Assembly (NCBI GenBank): GCA_029573365.1
Contig: JAKQGD010000155.1
Coordinates: 1-58,980 of the forward strand
Length of the DNA: 58,980 nucleotides
Reading direction: 5' to 3'
Origin: Bacteroidota bacterium
GTDB lineage: Bacteria; Bacteroidota; Bacteroidia; Chitinophagales; Saprospiraceae
In this document: one piece after another, positions 20,253 to 29,390 of the stretch
Layout: the number at the start of each line of letters is the position of its first letter
Position numbering within the stretch: the stretch's first letter is position 1
The notes under the pieces: model-generated
Told to the model about the DNA's origin: nothing
The model's input: only the letters and a program-made list of their open reading frames with translations
Database searches by the model: none
Made by a program: the position numbers and the translations under genes

Positions 20253-21383
20253 TTATAAGCGGCTGCCAAATTCGATAAACCTGTCCTCTTCCTGCATCCT
20301 GGTATGACGCGGCATTTTGCCTGAAGGTAGGTTTTTTCCCAGGTTGATTACTTCTCCCTGCAGGGGGTCCGCATTTTCCGGCAGGTTGTTTCTGGCAGAC
20401 AAGGTGGAAAGTCTGAGTCCATACATCTGTGATATGCTGTAAAGGGTTTCGCCGGCTTTTACCTGATGTGTAGCTCCGGCATCAAATGTTTTTTTCTTGC
20501 GGTCCAGAAACACAATCTCATCCTTGTCAAGCACTTGTCCGGTGGCAAACAAACCTTCGTTGTATTCCATAAGACGTAACACATTCTGACCTGTAGAAGC
20601 TGCCAGTACATTCAGGCTTTCGCCGCCTGCGGCCTTGACATATTTTGAACCGTTTACGACTGTGACGACATATTTTCTTAATGTTGGCCTGCTTTCGCCC
20701 AAAGGCTTTTCCTTGGTTGTTATTCTGGATGTTACTGTATGGTTTGTATCCTCTTTTGTTTCTTTAGGGTTACCGGGGGATGGCGTTACCTTATTTTCGG
20801 CTGCAGCCGAAACAACTTCTACCCGGGCGACAGACTCGTCCAGCAGATGTAGCTGGTATGACTCGATAATCCTGACCAGTTTTTGCGGATAAGCAGGATC
20901 AGAAGCATATCCTGAAAACTTGAGTCCGTTAGCCCAGCCTTGATAATCAGTGGTGCCCAGGCGGAAAAGGAATCCGTAGCGTCCTTGTTTGTCCGGGGCC
21001 GTCAGAAACTCTGAGTGTGCACGGTATGATTCCTCGGGATTCATGTATGACCTGAAGCAACTTTCTATAAGTTGTCCACTGCTGTCCTTGTCGTCGTCAT
21101 GCTTGTAAAACTTCATGCCGGTCCAGCTGCTTCCACATTTTATCCCAAAGTGATTGTTGGCCGAGACCGCCAGGGGACTTCTGCCGAGGTCAGACTCCAG
21201 GATGCCCTGAGCCAGCTTGATACTCGCCGGTATACCTGTACGTCTCATCTCCTCCACGGCAATGCGTTTGTAAGCCGCAATATAATTTTCTGTTAATTTT
21301 CGGGTCGAAACCGGAAGGTCAAAGGAATAAAAGTTAAGACAGAAAACGGACATACATATGCTTATTTTCCAATTCATATGCAT
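20253..21383 (-). CDS. Glucosaminidase-domain protein with C-terminal LysM domains
   Basis: 376 aa. The N-terminal domain is paralogous to 16189..16758 (GIPASIKLAQGILESDLGRS...NNHFGIKC...CFRSY...GYASDPAYPQKLV). The C-terminal LysM reads HQVKAGETLYSISQMYGLRLSTLSARNNL, with a weaker LysM-like segment upstream. Confidence 0.88.
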   Translation of the reverse strand: MHMNWKISICMSVFCLNFYSFDLPVSTRKLTENYIAAYKRIAVEEMRRTGIPASIKLAQGILESDLGRSPLAVSANNHFGIKCGSSWTGMKFYKHDDDKDSSGQLIESCFRSYMNPEESYRAHSEFLTAPDKQGRYGFLFRLGTTDYQGWANGLKFSGYASDPAYPQKLVRIIESYQLHLLDESVARVEVVSAAAENKVTPSPGNPKETKEDTNHTVTSRITTKEKPLGESRPTLRKYVVTVVNGSKYVKAAGGESLNVLAASTGQNVLRLMEYNEGLFATGQVLDKDEIVFLDRKKKTFDAGATHQVKAGETLYSISQMYGLRLSTLSARNNLPENADPLQGEVINLGKNLPSGKMPRHTRMQEEDRFIEFGSRL

Positions 21384-21527
21384 TAAATATTTTTATAATT
21401 TATCAATGCAAATACTGTTCCGAAATAGCGACTCTGACCAATCTACACCAATTAAATGAATTTTTTGGTAAAAATATTGTTACAATACTTGCGTCGGATC
21501 TTCGACATAACCCACAAACACTTAATA

Positions 21528-22175
21528 ATGAATATTACAGATTTATTGCAAGGTCCGCTGAAGGATATCATCGTGCAGCAGGTGACCAACAAACTCGACC
21601 TTGGATCAGGCGAACAAGCAGGAACTGCTGTAGATGGGGTATTTGCAACTTTGCTCAATGCTCTCAATAGAAACGCCTCAACCCAGGAAGGAGCCAGCAG
21701 CCTGCAGAATGCCCTTGACAGAGACCACAACGGCAGTATCCTTGATGACCTTACAGGCTTTCTTTCGGGCAACAGCCAGCCTGCCAATCCCAATACCGTC
21801 AACGGAGAAGGTATACTCAAGCATGTGCTGGGCGAAAATCAGTCATCGGCTGCTGACGCCATTTCCAAGGTGAGCGGCATTGATACCGGTAAAGTTCTGA
21901 AACACATGATGATGTTGGCCCCTGTGGTGCTCGGTTACCTAGGAAAGGCCAAAGCCCAGCAGCCCCAGCAGCAAACTCAGGTGCAGCAGGATGCACAGCC
22001 GGCAGGAGGTCTTCAGGACCTGCTCAAAGGTGTAACCCAGACTGTAAATCAACAGCCAGCTAACCAAAGCATATTTTCAAAGTTGCTCGACAGAGACGGT
22101 GATGGAAATGTATTGGATGACATTGCAGAAATGGGTGTAAAATCAATTTTTGGAAAGATTTTAGGAGGAAAATAA
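21528..22175 (+). CDS. DUF937 domain-containing protein
   Basis: MNITDLLQGPLKDIIVQQVTNKLDLG... is a typical DUF937 start. I start at ATG 21528 instead of the ORF-track 21456. Contains two DRDxxG loops and a Gln-rich linker. Confidence 0.8.
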   Translation: MNITDLLQGPLKDIIVQQVTNKLDLGSGEQAGTAVDGVFATLLNALNRNASTQEGASSLQNALDRDHNGSILDDLTGFLSGNSQPANPNTVNGEGILKHVLGENQSSAADAISKVSGIDTGKVLKHMMMLAPVVLGYLGKAKAQQPQQQTQVQQDAQPAGGLQDLLKGVTQTVNQQPANQSIFSKLLDRDGDGNVLDDIAEMGVKSIFGKILGGK

Positions 22176-22212
22176 TACCCCTTAGTGTATATTTGCCACT
22201 AATCAAAAACAT

Positions 22213-22249
22213 GGCCACTTTGATGTATTTAAAGTGGTCTTGTTTTTTA
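22213..22249 (+). terminator. Rho-independent terminator after the DUF937 gene
   Basis: 9-bp stem ggccacttt / aaagtggtc (one G-U) with a 9-nt loop, followed by ttgtttttt. Confidence 0.65.
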
Positions 22250-22278
22250 TCGGATATTGTAAAAAATACACAACAATT

Positions 22279-24945
22279 ATGCGTTTTCAGTTTCATCTGC
22301 ACTATAGAACCGTTTATGGCGAACAGATCGGAATTATCTATACTGAAAGCGGCTCAGACGATGTAAAAAATCTGCTTTTTCATACGTACGATGGAGAAAA
22401 CTGGTATGGCATGCTGGAAACTGCCTCCTCCGGACCGGTATCATATAAGTATGCAGTCTTTAAAAATGAGGCTGTAATCCTGCGTGAATGGGGAGCACAC
22501 AGGACCACGGAGTCACCCGGAGCCAAAGGCGAGGTGCTGATGGAGGACAAATGGCGTGCCCGTGACAACGAAAAAAACGCATTTCTGAGCACTGCGTTTA
22601 CCAAAGCGATCTTTAAAAGAAATAGCCGTCTCCAGGTTGCAGACAAAAAGAAAAACATAAAAACGGGCTCTGTCACCTTCAGGCTTATGTCAGCCACCAT
22701 ACAGTCGGATATGGTTTTTGGCGTAACAGGCAATACTCCAGAACTCGGCGACTGGAAAAAGGCAGTCATCCTGGATGAAAGCGGGTTTCCTTTGTGGAGA
22801 ACCACCCTGCCTTTTGAGGGCCATGACCTGAATATAGAGTACAAATACGTCATCGTCGACCCCAAAGACGGAAGCATCAAGGTGTGGGAAGACGGCGACA
22901 ACAGGGTATGTCACTTTGTTTTTAAAGACAAAACGATAAACCATCCCGTCATTACTGACGACCATTTCAGATACCCGCATGCCGGATGGAGGGGGTCAGG
23001 AGTGGCTGTGCCTGTCTTTTCGCTGAGAAGTGTCGAAGGATTTGGAATAGGTGAGTTTAATGACCTTATAAAACTGACCGATTGGACCGAAACCATAGGT
23101 ATGAATGTCATTCAGGTACTCCCTGTAAATGACACCCTGGCCAATATGACCTGGACAGACAGCTATCCGTACGCTGCCATATCGGTTTTTGCCCTTCATC
23201 CGCTTTATATACACCTGCCGGCTATTGATGGGTTTAGCAGCCTGAAACAGTTAAAACAATACGAAAAAGACCGCACAGCACTCAATAAATTGCAATCTGT
23301 GGATTACGAAAAGGTGCTGAGGTTAAAATTTAAATACCTCAGACTGCTTTACAACCAGGAGCGAAAAACGTTTCTTGCCGTTGCCGGAAATTTTATAAAA
23401 GAAAACGAATCCTGGTTGAAGCCATATGCTGCTTTTTGTTTTTTAAGAGACAAATACGGCACTTGTAATTTTAATAGCTGGCCCGAACACGCTGTGTATT
23501 CGGCTTCTGTGGTCGGGGATTTGTGCGACAAGGAACATAAATACAAGAAGGAAATAGAGTTTTATTATTTCCTTCAGTACCATGCAGACCGTCAGCTTTC
23601 AGAGGCCAGAGATCATGCCAGGTCAAAGGGAGTGGTGCTCAAAGGAGACCTTCCCATAGGCATATACAGGTACAGCTGTGATGCTTGGGTGGGACCGGAG
23701 TTGTACAACATGGATGAGCAGGCCGGTGCACCACCTGACGACTATGCTGTGATGGGCCAAAACTGGGGATTTCCTACATACAACTGGGAAAGAATGTCCC
23801 TGGATGGTTTTGAATGGTGGCGACGACGCATGCAGATGCTTAACCGTTATTTTGATGCACTTAGGATAGATCACATCCTGGGCTTTTTTAGGATATGGCA
23901 GATACCTGTGGCTCAGGTATCGGGTACTCTGGGCCGGTTTAATCCCAGGCTACCATATACAGCTGACGAACTGACAGGTTTTGGCATCGTGGCAGACAAG
24001 AGGAGACATACCCGGCCTTATATAAGTACCCAAATGCTCGAAGACGCTTTTAAAGAGCATATGAATGAAGTCTTTGATGCATTTTTTGTCTTGGAATCCG
24101 ATGGCAGCATATGTTTCAGACCTGGTTTTGACACTCAGCAAAAGATAAGCCATTTTGTCGGCGAAAATCCACGGTTTGCGTCTTACGAACAAGCCTTGCT
24201 GCTGCTTGCCACCGAAGTCCTCCTACTTACAGAACAAGACAACGAAAACAGGTATAACCCCAGAATCACCCTTAATACCACAAAGTCATTTGCCCATCTG
24301 GACCACCATACCAGGCAGGCATTTACGACCATGTACAATGACTATTTTTTCAAAAGGCATGACGAGTACTGGCGACAGCAGGCACTGTGGAAGCTTCCTG
24401 CCATTCTCGATGCCAGTGACATGCTTATCTGTGGCGAAGATCTCGGCATGATACCGAGTGTGGTGCCGGGAGTAATGAAAGACCTGAACATTATCTCTTT
24501 GGAAATACAGCGTATGCCAAAGGGCAGCAGCAGGTTTGGCCAGGTAAGGTCTTATCCATATTTTTCTGTTTGCAGTCCCTCGTGTCACGATATGTCTACC
24601 ATCCGTGGGTGGTGGGAAGCAGACCATGACAACGCCCGAAGTTTTTACTATGATTACCTCCACTGGTACGGGCAGGCACCCGTGACATGTACTCCCGAAA
24701 TCGTTCAGGCTGTAGTAGAGGATCACCTCTCATCACCTTCTATGCTGGCCATTTTTCCGGTGCAGGACCTTGTCGGCATGGATGCCGGCATCCGCCACCC
24801 AAATGCTGCCGCAGAGCAGATAAACGAACCCAGCAATCCAAAACATTACTGGAAGTTTAGATTTCATCTGACAGTGGACCAATTACTGCAAAACGATATG
24901 CTGAATGGCCGGATCAGAGCCATGGTTAAAATGGCAGGTCGTTAA
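22279..24945 (+). CDS. malQ: 4-alpha-glucanotransferase (GH77, DPE2-like) with two N-terminal CBM20 starch-binding modules
   Basis: I start at MRFQFHLHYRTVYGEQ (ATG 22279). The second CBM20 is clear (VTFRLMS...VFGVTGNTPELGDWKKAVILDE...WRTTLPF...IEYKYVIVD...WEDGDNRV). GH77 core: GVAVPVFSLRS..GFGIGEF, LKGDLPIGI, ALRIDHILGFFRIW, CGEDLGMIP. Confidence 0.93.
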   Translation: MRFQFHLHYRTVYGEQIGIIYTESGSDDVKNLLFHTYDGENWYGMLETASSGPVSYKYAVFKNEAVILREWGAHRTTESPGAKGEVLMEDKWRARDNEKNAFLSTAFTKAIFKRNSRLQVADKKKNIKTGSVTFRLMSATIQSDMVFGVTGNTPELGDWKKAVILDESGFPLWRTTLPFEGHDLNIEYKYVIVDPKDGSIKVWEDGDNRVCHFVFKDKTINHPVITDDHFRYPHAGWRGSGVAVPVFSLRSVEGFGIGEFNDLIKLTDWTETIGMNVIQVLPVNDTLANMTWTDSYPYAAISVFALHPLYIHLPAIDGFSSLKQLKQYEKDRTALNKLQSVDYEKVLRLKFKYLRLLYNQERKTFLAVAGNFIKENESWLKPYAAFCFLRDKYGTCNFNSWPEHAVYSASVVGDLCDKEHKYKKEIEFYYFLQYHADRQLSEARDHARSKGVVLKGDLPIGIYRYSCDAWVGPELYNMDEQAGAPPDDYAVMGQNWGFPTYNWERMSLDGFEWWRRRMQMLNRYFDALRIDHILGFFRIWQIPVAQVSGTLGRFNPRLPYTADELTGFGIVADKRRHTRPYISTQMLEDAFKEHMNEVFDAFFVLESDGSICFRPGFDTQQKISHFVGENPRFASYEQALLLLATEVLLLTEQDNENRYNPRITLNTTKSFAHLDHHTRQAFTTMYNDYFFKRHDEYWRQQALWKLPAILDASDMLICGEDLGMIPSVVPGVMKDLNIISLEIQRMPKGSSRFGQVRSYPYFSVCSPSCHDMSTIRGWWEADHDNARSFYYDYLHWYGQAPVTCTPEIVQAVVEDHLSSPSMLAIFPVQDLVGMDAGIRHPNAAAEQINEPSNPKHYWKFRFHLTVDQLLQNDMLNGRIRAMVKMAGR

Positions 24946-24950
24946 AAACT

Positions 24951-25478
24951 ATGGGAAAGGACGAAGTTACATTTACTTCCACACTAGACAGGTTTCCGGC
25001 TTCGCCGCTGTGGGGCCTCCACTTTCTGGTGCCTCATGACATAGCCGTAAAATTTGCGACAGGCAAGGACAGAAGAGTTGTATGCACCATCAATGATCTG
25101 GTGACGCTGCACTGTGCCATTATGCCAAACAAGGACACCTGGTTTGTAATGCTTAACAAAGATGTGACACGTAGACTGCAATGCTCAGTCGGAGACGAAC
25201 TCAGGCTCGTGATGTACAAGGACAAATCAGAATACGGCATGCCGATGCCAGAGGAATTCAGGGAAATGCTGGACCAGGATCCCGATGCTGACCGCTATTT
25301 TCATAAACTGACTCCTGGCAAACAAAGGAGCCTGTTATACATTATATCAAAAGTAAAAAACACTGACAGCCGCATCAGAAAATCTCTTGCCATCGCCGAT
25401 CACCTGACAGCCAACAAAGGAAACATCGACTTTAGATTGCTCAATGAAGCTTTTAAGGAATACAATAAAATGCAATAG
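24951..25478 (+). CDS. YdeI/OmpD-associated family protein (DUF1905-type N-terminus)
   Basis: 175 aa. PEEFREMLDQDPDADRYFHKLTPGKQRSLLYIISKVKNTDSRIRK resembles the YdeI C-terminal domain. Confidence 0.7.
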   Translation: MGKDEVTFTSTLDRFPASPLWGLHFLVPHDIAVKFATGKDRRVVCTINDLVTLHCAIMPNKDTWFVMLNKDVTRRLQCSVGDELRLVMYKDKSEYGMPMPEEFREMLDQDPDADRYFHKLTPGKQRSLLYIISKVKNTDSRIRKSLAIADHLTANKGNIDFRLLNEAFKEYNKMQ

Positions 25479-25589
25479 CTTTTCAAAAACTATATTTCAG
25501 CATATTTTTTATTAAAAATTACATTGCAAATAATCACATGATGGCATTTTGCACGTTTATGCATAGGAAACCCAACTTTGTTTAAGCAT

Positions 25590-26039
25590 ATGAAGATTCT
25601 TATGGTTTGCCTCGGCAATATTTGCAGGTCGCCTATTGCTCAGGGCATACTGGAGGCTAAGGTAACAAGGTCAGGGCTGGGATGGCATGTCGACTCGGCC
25701 GGAACTTCAGGATGGCACGATGGCGAAGGCCCCGATCACAGGGCTGTAGATACATGCAAAGCCAGAGGCCTGAACATTTCCCGGCAGGTATCACGGAAAA
25801 TCACGAGGCATGATCTTGACAATTTTGATCTGATTCTGGCCATGGATGCTGACAACTACTGTGAGATACTTTCCATATGCCACACTCAAGCCCAAAGGGA
25901 AAAGATAAAACTCATTCTTAATTTCCTATATCCTGACAGAAACATGGCTGTTCCGGACCCGTATTACGATGGCAGATTTGACGAAGTATATGACCTGCTC
26001 GACAAAGCCACAGACAGAATTATTGAAAGCTACGCCTGA
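25590..26039 (+). CDS. Low-molecular-weight protein-tyrosine phosphatase
   Basis: MKILMVCLGNICRSPIAQG (CX5R P-loop) and the ...DPYY... motif. I prefer ATG 25590 over TTG 25578. Confidence 0.92.
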   Translation: MKILMVCLGNICRSPIAQGILEAKVTRSGLGWHVDSAGTSGWHDGEGPDHRAVDTCKARGLNISRQVSRKITRHDLDNFDLILAMDADNYCEILSICHTQAQREKIKLILNFLYPDRNMAVPDPYYDGRFDEVYDLLDKATDRIIESYA

Positions 26040-26050
26040 ATTTGAGGTTG

Positions 26051-26980
26051 TTATTTCTTTTTCAGGAATTCCAGGTTGCGTTTCAAGCCTTCGTATTTTG
26101 TGCGTTTAACTGCACTGCCCTCAAACATCCGTGTAAAAACAGGTTCTGAAAGATCCATCCACTCCTCCCGGGTCATTTGCAGCAATCCGCTGACTGGCTT
26201 AAACTGTGACTCGTCATGCCTGACAGAAAAGCGATTCCAGGGACATACATCCTGGCAAATATCACAGCCAAAGACCCTGTTTTGCAGCAATCCCTCAAAT
26301 CTTGGGGGTATCTCTCCTCTAAGTTCAATGGTCAAATAGGAGATACAACTGGAACCGTCCATCACATACCCTTGAGGAGCAATGGCATCTGTTGGACAGG
26401 CATCGATGCAGCGGGTACAAGTGCCGCAGAAGTCATCTATAGGGCCGTCATATTCCAGCTCCAGATCACATATCACTTCGCCAAGGAAAAAATACGACCC
26501 CTTCTTCGGATGGATCAACATGGTGTTTTTTCCTATCCACCCCAGGCCGCTGCGTCTGGCAAGGTCCCTCTCCAGCACCGGGGCACTGTCTACAAATACC
26601 CTTCCCGTAACATCTCCATAGGTTTGCCTGATAAAATCGAACAGATGATCCAGTTTTTTTCTGACTACCTTGTGGTAATCCCTGCCATAGGCATACATGG
26701 AAATTACAGGAGCTGACGGGTCTTCCTGCATCTCCTGATTGTAGTAGTTGTAAGCCAGGGAAATCACACTTTTAGCTCCGGGCACCAGCTTAGAAGGATC
26801 GACTCTTTTGTCAAAGTGACTTTCAAGGTAACCCATTTCGCCATGTAACCCTTTTTTTAGCCAGGCTTCCAAGCGTGCAGCTTCCTCATCCATGTGCTCT
26901 GCCCTGCTGATGCCACACAGGAAGAAACCGAGTTCGGAGGCCTTGGATTTGATGAGGGAACTTCTGAGCTTTTTGTCCAT
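26051..26980 (-). CDS. queG: tRNA epoxyqueuosine(34) reductase
   Basis: 309 aa. Two 4Fe-4S motifs, CGTCTRCIDACP and CDICQDVCPWN; N-terminal LGFFLCGISRAE is typical of QueG. Confidence 0.93.
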   Translation of the reverse strand: MDKKLRSSLIKSKASELGFFLCGISRAEHMDEEAARLEAWLKKGLHGEMGYLESHFDKRVDPSKLVPGAKSVISLAYNYYNQEMQEDPSAPVISMYAYGRDYHKVVRKKLDHLFDFIRQTYGDVTGRVFVDSAPVLERDLARRSGLGWIGKNTMLIHPKKGSYFFLGEVICDLELEYDGPIDDFCGTCTRCIDACPTDAIAPQGYVMDGSSCISYLTIELRGEIPPRFEGLLQNRVFGCDICQDVCPWNRFSVRHDESQFKPVSGLLQMTREEWMDLSEPVFTRMFEGSAVKRTKYEGLKRNLEFLKKK

Positions 26981-27043
26981 GTAAAAGATGAAAACCCAAA
27001 TGTACCAAAACCATGGGTAACAAGGGTAAAATACTGGGTTGTC

Positions 27044-27652
27044 TTACGACCAATGACCCATCAAGCCCATTTTTTTATCAGGAGTAATTACCAGATGGAA
27101 ATTTTCCTTAAATAGTTTTATGGCTATGGCCAAAAGGATGATGCCAAATACTTTACGCAGTACGGCTGTACCCGCATCGCCAAGTTTTTCTTTTATGATA
27201 TCAGAAAAATGGAGGACCGCAAATACGACAACGATGTTTAAAAAAATGGCCGTGAGGATTTCGATGTCATTGTATTTTGATTTGAGCGAAATAAGGGTGG
27301 TCATGGTACCGGCACCTGCAATAAGCGGAAAAGCTATTGGTACTATGGTCCCCGAAGCAGTTCCTGCACTCTCCCTGAAAAATCTGACACCAAGTATCAT
27401 CTCTAGGCCAAGGAAAAAGAGGATGATGGCGCCGGCTACAGCAAAAGACTGAACATCCAGTCCAAATAGTTTAAGGATGCCTTCACCGGCATACAGGAAA
27501 CCCACCATCAGCAGCATGGATACCAGTGCAGCCTGCATGGAATCGACGACCACTCCCTTTTTCTTGAGGTCGATGATTACAGGAATGTTGCCTATGATGT
27601 CGATGACCGAAAACAAAATCAGGGCTATGCTGAGGGTGTTTTGAATATTCAT
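27044..27652 (-). CDS. MarC family (UPF0056) integral membrane protein
   Basis: 202 aa with about 6 TM helices. N-terminal ...LFSVIDIIGNIPVII motif. Confidence 0.85.
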   Translation of the reverse strand: MNIQNTLSIALILFSVIDIIGNIPVIIDLKKKGVVVDSMQAALVSMLLMVGFLYAGEGILKLFGLDVQSFAVAGAIILFFLGLEMILGVRFFRESAGTASGTIVPIAFPLIAGAGTMTTLISLKSKYNDIEILTAIFLNIVVVFAVLHFSDIIKEKLGDAGTAVLRKVFGIILLAIAIKLFKENFHLVITPDKKMGLMGHWS

Positions 27653-27865
27653 TTCAAAATATAAATTTAAATTAAGACAAATATATACTTAATTTCAGAC
27701 ATAAATGTTGTTTAGTTTCTTTTTTCAAACAATAATTTTACAACTCTTTAACAAAGATTTAGAAACAGGAAAAAAACACGGCGATTATTTTTACAATAAT
27801 GAAAGAGGAATTGAACCGCATCACCATCTTTTTGTTTAACCATTCTTTATATAAAATTAAACAAA

Positions 27866-28573
27866 ATGAAGATTGAACAATCTTGTGTCAACGAAATGAT
27901 ATCATCAGGCTCGATCAGGATTACGGAATTTGACCATGATGAGATAGGGGACAACCATTTGTTTACAAGCATTGAAACCCCTATGAGGAAAGATGCTTTT
28001 GCTTTGAGTGACCACGAAAAAAAACAAAGGATTGCTCATTATTTTAGTGAGATCATGCATACCCTCGGACTGGACCTCAGTGACGACAGCCTCAGAGGCA
28101 CTCCAGAGAGGGTAGCCAAAATGTACATTGACGAGATTTTTTCAGGACTTGATCCAAAAAACAAGCCCAAAGTCGCACTTTTCGATAATAAGTATAAGTA
28201 TAAACAGATGCTCGTCGAAAAGGACATTACTTTTTATTCCAATTGTGAGCATCATTTCGTGCCTATCATCGGCAAGGCTCATCTGGCCTATTTTTCAAAA
28301 GGCAAGGTGATAGGCCTTTCAAAATTAAACAGACTGGTGCAGTATTATGCACAAAGGCCACAGGTACAGGAGAGGCTCACAGTGCAGATTGGCGAAGAGC
28401 TGAAGTCATGTTTGGGTACTGAGGATGTTGCAGTTGTCATTGATGCCAAGCACCTGTGTGTATCGGCGAGGGGGATTAAGGATAATGACAGTGCCACAGT
28501 CACCTCCTATTATGGAGGCAGGTTTTTAAACGAAAGTACTAAGCGTGAGTTTCTGGATTATTTAAAATTTTAA
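27866..28573 (+). CDS. folE: GTP cyclohydrolase I (type 1)
   Basis: 235 aa. TPERVAKMY, SNCEHHFVPIIGKAHLAY, LSKLNRLVQYYAQRPQVQERLT, HLCVSARG. Confidence 0.96.
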   Translation: MKIEQSCVNEMISSGSIRITEFDHDEIGDNHLFTSIETPMRKDAFALSDHEKKQRIAHYFSEIMHTLGLDLSDDSLRGTPERVAKMYIDEIFSGLDPKNKPKVALFDNKYKYKQMLVEKDITFYSNCEHHFVPIIGKAHLAYFSKGKVIGLSKLNRLVQYYAQRPQVQERLTVQIGEELKSCLGTEDVAVVIDAKHLCVSARGIKDNDSATVTSYYGGRFLNESTKREFLDYLKF

Positions 28574-28575
28574 AG

Positions 28576-29262
28576 GTGAAAAATTATCTGATTATAGGCG
28601 GCTCCTCAGGAATCGGACTTTCGCTTGCCGGGCTGTTGAAAGTAGAACACAACGTTTATGCCACTTACCACACTAATAAGGTGGGTGATGATACAATCCG
28701 GTATTTCTATTATGAAGCAGGAGGCAAGCTGGATACTGAATGCCTGCCCGAAGCCCTGGATGGTCTTGTTTATTGCCCCGGAAGTATTCTTCTGAGGCCT
28801 ATCGAAAGGCTGTCAAGCCAGAGTTTTGTTGATGATTTTAAATTGCAGGTAGGCGGTGCCATAGACTGCATACAGGCAGTGCTTCCAAGGTTAAAAAAAT
28901 CGGCCTCCTCATCTGTGGTGTTGTTTTCTACGGTAGCCGTTCAGAGTGGTTTTAACTTTCATAGCATGGTCAGTGCAAGCAAAGGGGCTATTGAAGGGTT
29001 GAGCAGGGCGTTGGCAGCCGAGTTTGCACCACATATACGGGTAAATTGCATAGCTCCCTCGCTGACACATACACCGCTAGCCGCTTCGCTTTTAAATACA
29101 AATGAGAAAATGGAGGCCAATGCCAAAAGGCATCCCTTGCGAAGGGTGGGTCGCCCGGAGGATACTGCAAATCTTGCGGCATTTCTTCTTTCAGAAAAAT
29201 CATCCTGGATTACAGGCCAAGTGATACATTCTGATGGAGGAATGTCATCAATCAATGTTTGA
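28576..29262 (+). CDS. Short-chain dehydrogenase/reductase family protein (atypical active-site region)
   Basis: 228 aa; GTG start 2 nt after the folE stop. Cofactor motif IIGGSSGIG. Where YxxxK is expected the sequence reads NFHSMVSASK. Confidence 0.85.
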   Translation: MKNYLIIGGSSGIGLSLAGLLKVEHNVYATYHTNKVGDDTIRYFYYEAGGKLDTECLPEALDGLVYCPGSILLRPIERLSSQSFVDDFKLQVGGAIDCIQAVLPRLKKSASSSVVLFSTVAVQSGFNFHSMVSASKGAIEGLSRALAAEFAPHIRVNCIAPSLTHTPLAASLLNTNEKMEANAKRHPLRRVGRPEDTANLAAFLLSEKSSWITGQVIHSDGGMSSINV

Positions 29263-29390
29263 CAATTACAGCCAAAAAAATATTTTGGTCCGTGGCGGGA
29301 TAATGAATTAAAATGTCATTCTGATTCACTATCTTGCGATTGGTCTCCACACGGATTTTGTCATTTAGGTCTAATACATCCTGGTAAAGT

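Noticed and set aside
27653-27865. The 213-nt spacer upstream of folE, examined for a folate/THF-type riboswitch.
   Set aside because: The region is very AT-rich. I found no stable conserved-looking helices or pseudoknot candidates, and I cannot recognise a THF-I or THF-II consensus by eye. A covariance-model scan (Rfam/Infernal) would be the decisive test.
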